Source of the DNA: Podarcis muralis
Lineage: Eukaryota
Length of the DNA stretch: 64,000 bases
Reading direction: 5' to 3'
Assembly: GCF_964188315.1 (NCBI RefSeq)
Contig: NC_135667.1
Location: 12,028,001-12,092,000, forward strand
Below the pieces are notes generated by a model. That model did not search any database. It was not told the origin of the DNA and saw only the letters and a program-made list of their open reading frames with translations. Made by a program: the position numbers and the translations under genes. Below are positions 59,977-64,000 of this stretch, in pieces. The first letter of the stretch is position 1, and every line of letters begins with the position of its first letter.

Positions 59977-60861
59977 TACTATACAAATGCAAAACTTACA
60001 TGTGTTGCGGCTCACTCTTTTGCCTCTGCCCTATGTGTGAGAAGGTGGAAGGCTGCTCCGGAACTTTTTTCTCATTTACTTTTGTAAAAGGTTCGATCTC
60101 CCACTCCCCCATTTGAACTCTAAATCTGTCCTAGGTTCTCCCTCCCCCGACACTCTGGAACAGATATTGGGAGGGTATGAGGCCCACCCAGGGTGAGGAG
60201 AAGGGAGAAAATCCATTGTACAAGCCGAAATGCTTCCACTCATGGGATGAAGCAGTTGGATACAACACAAAGGGTTGGGGCAGGAGGTTTCTGGAGTTGG
60301 GAATCTCCACAGAACAACAAGCCAAACGATATAACACATTTGCATATAGGCAGACAAAATAAATTTCCCACAAATCCTGGGCTCTGTATAACTTGGATTT
60401 ATTGTTTGTACTGTTGCATTCAGGAAATAAATGGCTTTGCTGTGGATTTAAAAATGGAAGGGCAGAGCTTATATTCTTGGGTTGGCTATATGTTGTTGGG
60501 CTGCTGGATGTGGGCAGGAAATAATGAATTAACATAGGTTAGCTTCAAAGAGGGTGTATCTTCATATCCACTCAAGGTGGCACATAATTATGCCACTACA
60601 TTTGGCAAACCTAAGGAAGAAAGCTTTGGCTCCCATATCTTGTTTGGTTGGCAGACTTGGGATAGGGAGTTGATATTAACATAGGATGGTTCCTATATTC
60701 AATCCATATGTTGCAATATATATGTCCTGCCTAATGAGGGAATAAAGGGAGAAACTGTAATCTAAACTGAAATCCAGTTGAACTAATCAATTGTGGCTGC
60801 CTTAAATCCCTTTCCGTAGATACAAATTTAGATAGACCACGGCCATAGAATTGTAGGTGCT

Positions 60862-63833
60862 TCACTGATTTCTTCTTCTTAACTGGTCCTTGCTGTTGAG
60901 CTCTGGCTTCATCACAATAATATAACATTTTGGGGAAAATATACAGCCTAGTAAACCAGCACTGGAGGCCAAGATGGAGAAAATCTCCACAGCCACCATA
61001 TATTTTCCCTTTGTGCTTAAATAAGTTGGAACAAAGGACAGCCACACACTGCAAAATACCAACATACTGAAGGTGATAAACTTGGCTTCATTAAAGCTGT
61101 CTGGTAACTTCCTGGCTAGGAAGGCTACAGAGAAGCTGACAATGGCCAGCAAGCCCATAAACCCCAAGACACAGTAGAACATAGTGACTGACCCTTCATT
61201 ACATTCCAGAACAATTTCTTTACTCATTGAGTTCATATCTAAAGCTGGAAATGGGGGAGAGGTTGCCAGCCACACAGTACAAAGATCAGCTTGAATCAAG
61301 GAACAAGAAAGAATAATCAAAGTGGCCTGTTGTTTCCCCCCCCCCCATTTCCTCATGCTGGACCCTGGTTTGGTGACGATGAAAGCAAGGACCACAATGA
61401 TTGTCTTGGCCAGCACACAAGAAACTGCCACTGAAAAGATGATGCCAAAAGCTGTTTGTCGAAGGAGACACGTCACTTTCTTAGGTCGACCGATGAATAG
61501 AAGAGCACAAAGGAAAGCAAGCAAGAGGGAGATTAGGAGAGTGTAGGAGAGGTTGCGGTTGTTGGCTTTGACGATGGGAGTGTCCTGGTGCTTAATGAAA
61601 ATCCAAAGCACCAAAGCTGTAAGGAAGGACAAGGAAAGAGCAAAGAAGGCCAAAGAGATCCCCAGGGGTTCCCCATAAGACAAGAAATGGATGACCTTTG
61701 GCACGCATGAATCCTTTTCCACATTTGGGTAATGATCCGGTGGGCATTGAAAGCATTCATCCATGTCTGAAAAAGAGAAGCTGTAGGAGCACCACTACAT
61801 GCATAATACTAAAATGATCAAAATGAAAACAATAAACCTTAAATAAGGGTTGCCAGCTTCAAATCTTAAAAACAATTTGCCACACTTCTCATGTAATTAT
61901 ATTATTAGCAAAATGCCGTATTCAATTCCCACCCACCCCCAAATGTTAGGACCTAACACGACATCTGAAGCTCAATATTATCACTTACTGTCAGGATTCT
62001 AGCAGATTTTACTTGTTCACATTTTTAAACATCCCAACATTATTTGAACTTCCCATTCTAATATGTCTACTGGAGCAAAGTTGTATTTCAGTTTTATCGC
62101 ATCTCCGAATTGTGAAAATTGATTCTCGGGTCTTATCTTTAAGAGAGAGAGGCTGTTGCACCGTTAGCTTTTTCCTGAAGTTCTTTCATATTTCTGAGGG
62201 TTTCTGTTTTTTCATCATCATCATCATCAATATTACGGTCCAGAGACCCAACAAATTGTTAGCTGTTTTTTCAGTTTTTGATACCTCCTTCATCTGAGTA
62301 ATTACCAACTGTCAATGGCTTGGACTGATCATTGAATATATCAGGCTGTATCCCCATATAAGGAACAACAACATTCACAAAATTCTGAACAATTTTCCTG
62401 AATTTTCTGAACAACTGAACACCACTAGGGAATTGTGTGTCTGAATATCTTAATGTCAATACATTTTAAAGGCTCTATACATGATGTCTCTTACCTGTCT
62501 GGTTGGAAATCTTCCCTTCTGGACATAAGACGCAATCATAGCAGCAAAATGGTTTCCCTTCCTTCTTTGTTTTTTGATAACCCAAAGGACAATTGGCATT
62601 ACAAAGAGAAAGAGGCTGTGCCTGTCCACAAATGAAAGAGGATCATAGTTTCTTTTTTTGCAATATCGTGTGTCCACAATGTATACTTGCTGAACTATCT
62701 CCTTGAACTGCTGCATTAGCAGCACCAAACCTGGACAGTGTGTATGGAGTTCCTAGGTTGCCCAGACAAAAAGTCATTTTTCTTGACCTCACTGATGTGG
62801 TCCAAAGGAAAGCAGATCAATATGTCACAGATTTGGGTAGGGAAAGGAAACCAGCAAGCCCCGTTGTGAAAAAAGGAATCCTTAGGCTGTCTTCCCCTAC
62901 ACGAATATGACCCTCCGTAAATTTATCAAGTTTTACTTTTTTTATATATCAGTCCAAGCTATGGTTTTCCCAGTAGTGATGTATGGAAGTGAAAGCTGGA
63001 CCATAAAGAAGGCTGGTTGCCGAAGAATTGATGCTTTTGAATTATGGTGCTGGAGGAGACTCTTGAGAGTCCCATGGACTGCAAGAAGATCAAACCTATC
63101 CATTCTTAAGGAAATCAGCCCTGAGTGCTCACTGGAAGGACAGATTGTGAAGCTGAGGCTCCAATACTTTGGCCACCTCATGAGAAGAGAAGACTCCCTG
63201 GAAAAGACCCTGATGTTGGGAAAGATGGAGGAGAAGGGGACAACAGAGGACGAGATGGTTGGATAGTATTTGTGAAGCTACCAGCATGAGTTTGACCAAA
63301 TTGCGGGAGGCAGTGGGAGACAGGAGTGCCTGGGGTGCTCTGGTCCATGGGGTCACGAAGAGTCGGATACGACTAAACGACTAAACAACAACAAAAATAT
63401 TTTCAGGTGGTAAATTTGGTGGTTGTAGTGCAAGAGTGGATTTAATGAGTGTCACTTAATTGGCAAAACATGGAAGATCTCTACAGCCATGCCCTCATTC
63501 CTATACTAAGCACATGGATATACAAAGCACAGAGCTAGGTCAGTATCTGTACTGCGAATCGTTGTAGAAGTGATGGATAGGCTACAAAACATGAATTTAT
63601 CTCACCTGGTTAAACCTGCTGGGCCACACAATGGCTTCTTCACAAATGCTGAACACTTCTTCTTTGGGAGCCATGGGGTCGATCTTTCCAACTTTCACCC
63701 TCCGAAAGGACTGGTTGGGAAATGTAACCCAGTTTATAATATCAAATCCAGACTCTAACTCTCCATTTTGGTTGAAGGAAACTTTCCCCCCACCACTATT
63801 ATTAAATGAGATGCTTTTAACAAAGTGGTTGAG
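60862..63833 (-). CDS. V2R-7: vomeronasal type-2 receptor exons 4-6 (5' part beyond the right edge); inverted near-copy of the V2R-5 3' half
   Basis: Exon 4 63833-63606, exon 5 62621-62495 and exon 6 61766-60862. All are open with canonical splice sites. Confidence 0.9.
62950..63394 (+). mobile_element. RTE-BovB LINE 3' fragment
   Basis: Translation [44 protein letters not shown]...[20 protein letters not shown], with a (CAA)n tail. It is absent in the V2R-5 paralog near 48365. Confidence 0.92.
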
Positions 63834-64000
63834 CTGTTTGGGGAGAAAGAATAGATAGAATCAGAGAGAAATTAAAAGAAAGCAAATTCATAAGAATATA
63901 CAAAAGGCTGGTGATCATTCGCAATTGATTACTGAACTGTTTAAAGCTTTATACCAAGGAAGAATGGATACGGAGAGAGGAAGAGCCCGATAGGCCACCT

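Larger units (their letters stand above)
59243..64000 (-). repeat. Inverted duplication, paralogous to 47763-51315
   Basis: The reverse complement matches V2R-5 intron 3/exon 4 through its 3' flank. It differs by BovB and MITE insertions and an extra segment of about 435 bp at about 60143-60579. Confidence 0.92.

Overview
This is vertebrate genomic DNA from a squamate reptile, probably a lizard: it carries Sauria SINEs, RTE-BovB, CR1, L2 and Penelope elements. The window holds a tandem/inverted cluster of vomeronasal type-2 receptor (V2R, class C GPCR) genes. I resolved exon-intron structure by hand from GT/AG sites, phases and the recurring exon sizes (exon 2 = 292, exon 4 = 228, exon 5 = 127 bp). 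There are seven units. V2R-1 (-) has exons 1-3 and runs off the left edge. V2R-2 (-) and V2R-4 (-) are complete. V2R-3 (-) has open exons 1-5 but no 7TM exon. V2R-5 (+) is complete but looks chimeric, with an extra stop-containing exon 4 and an exon-3 remnant. V2R-6 (+) has only exons 1, 5 and 6. V2R-7 (-) has exons 4-6, is an inverted near-copy of the V2R-5 3' half and runs off the right edge. Most notable are: phase-compatible orphan ectodomain and 7TM modules that could allow combinatorial splicing; a 19-bp motif upstream of all six first exons; and a minimal hammerhead ribozyme in a rearranged Penelope element. Family names for repeats come from recalled sequence hallmarks, not from database searches.
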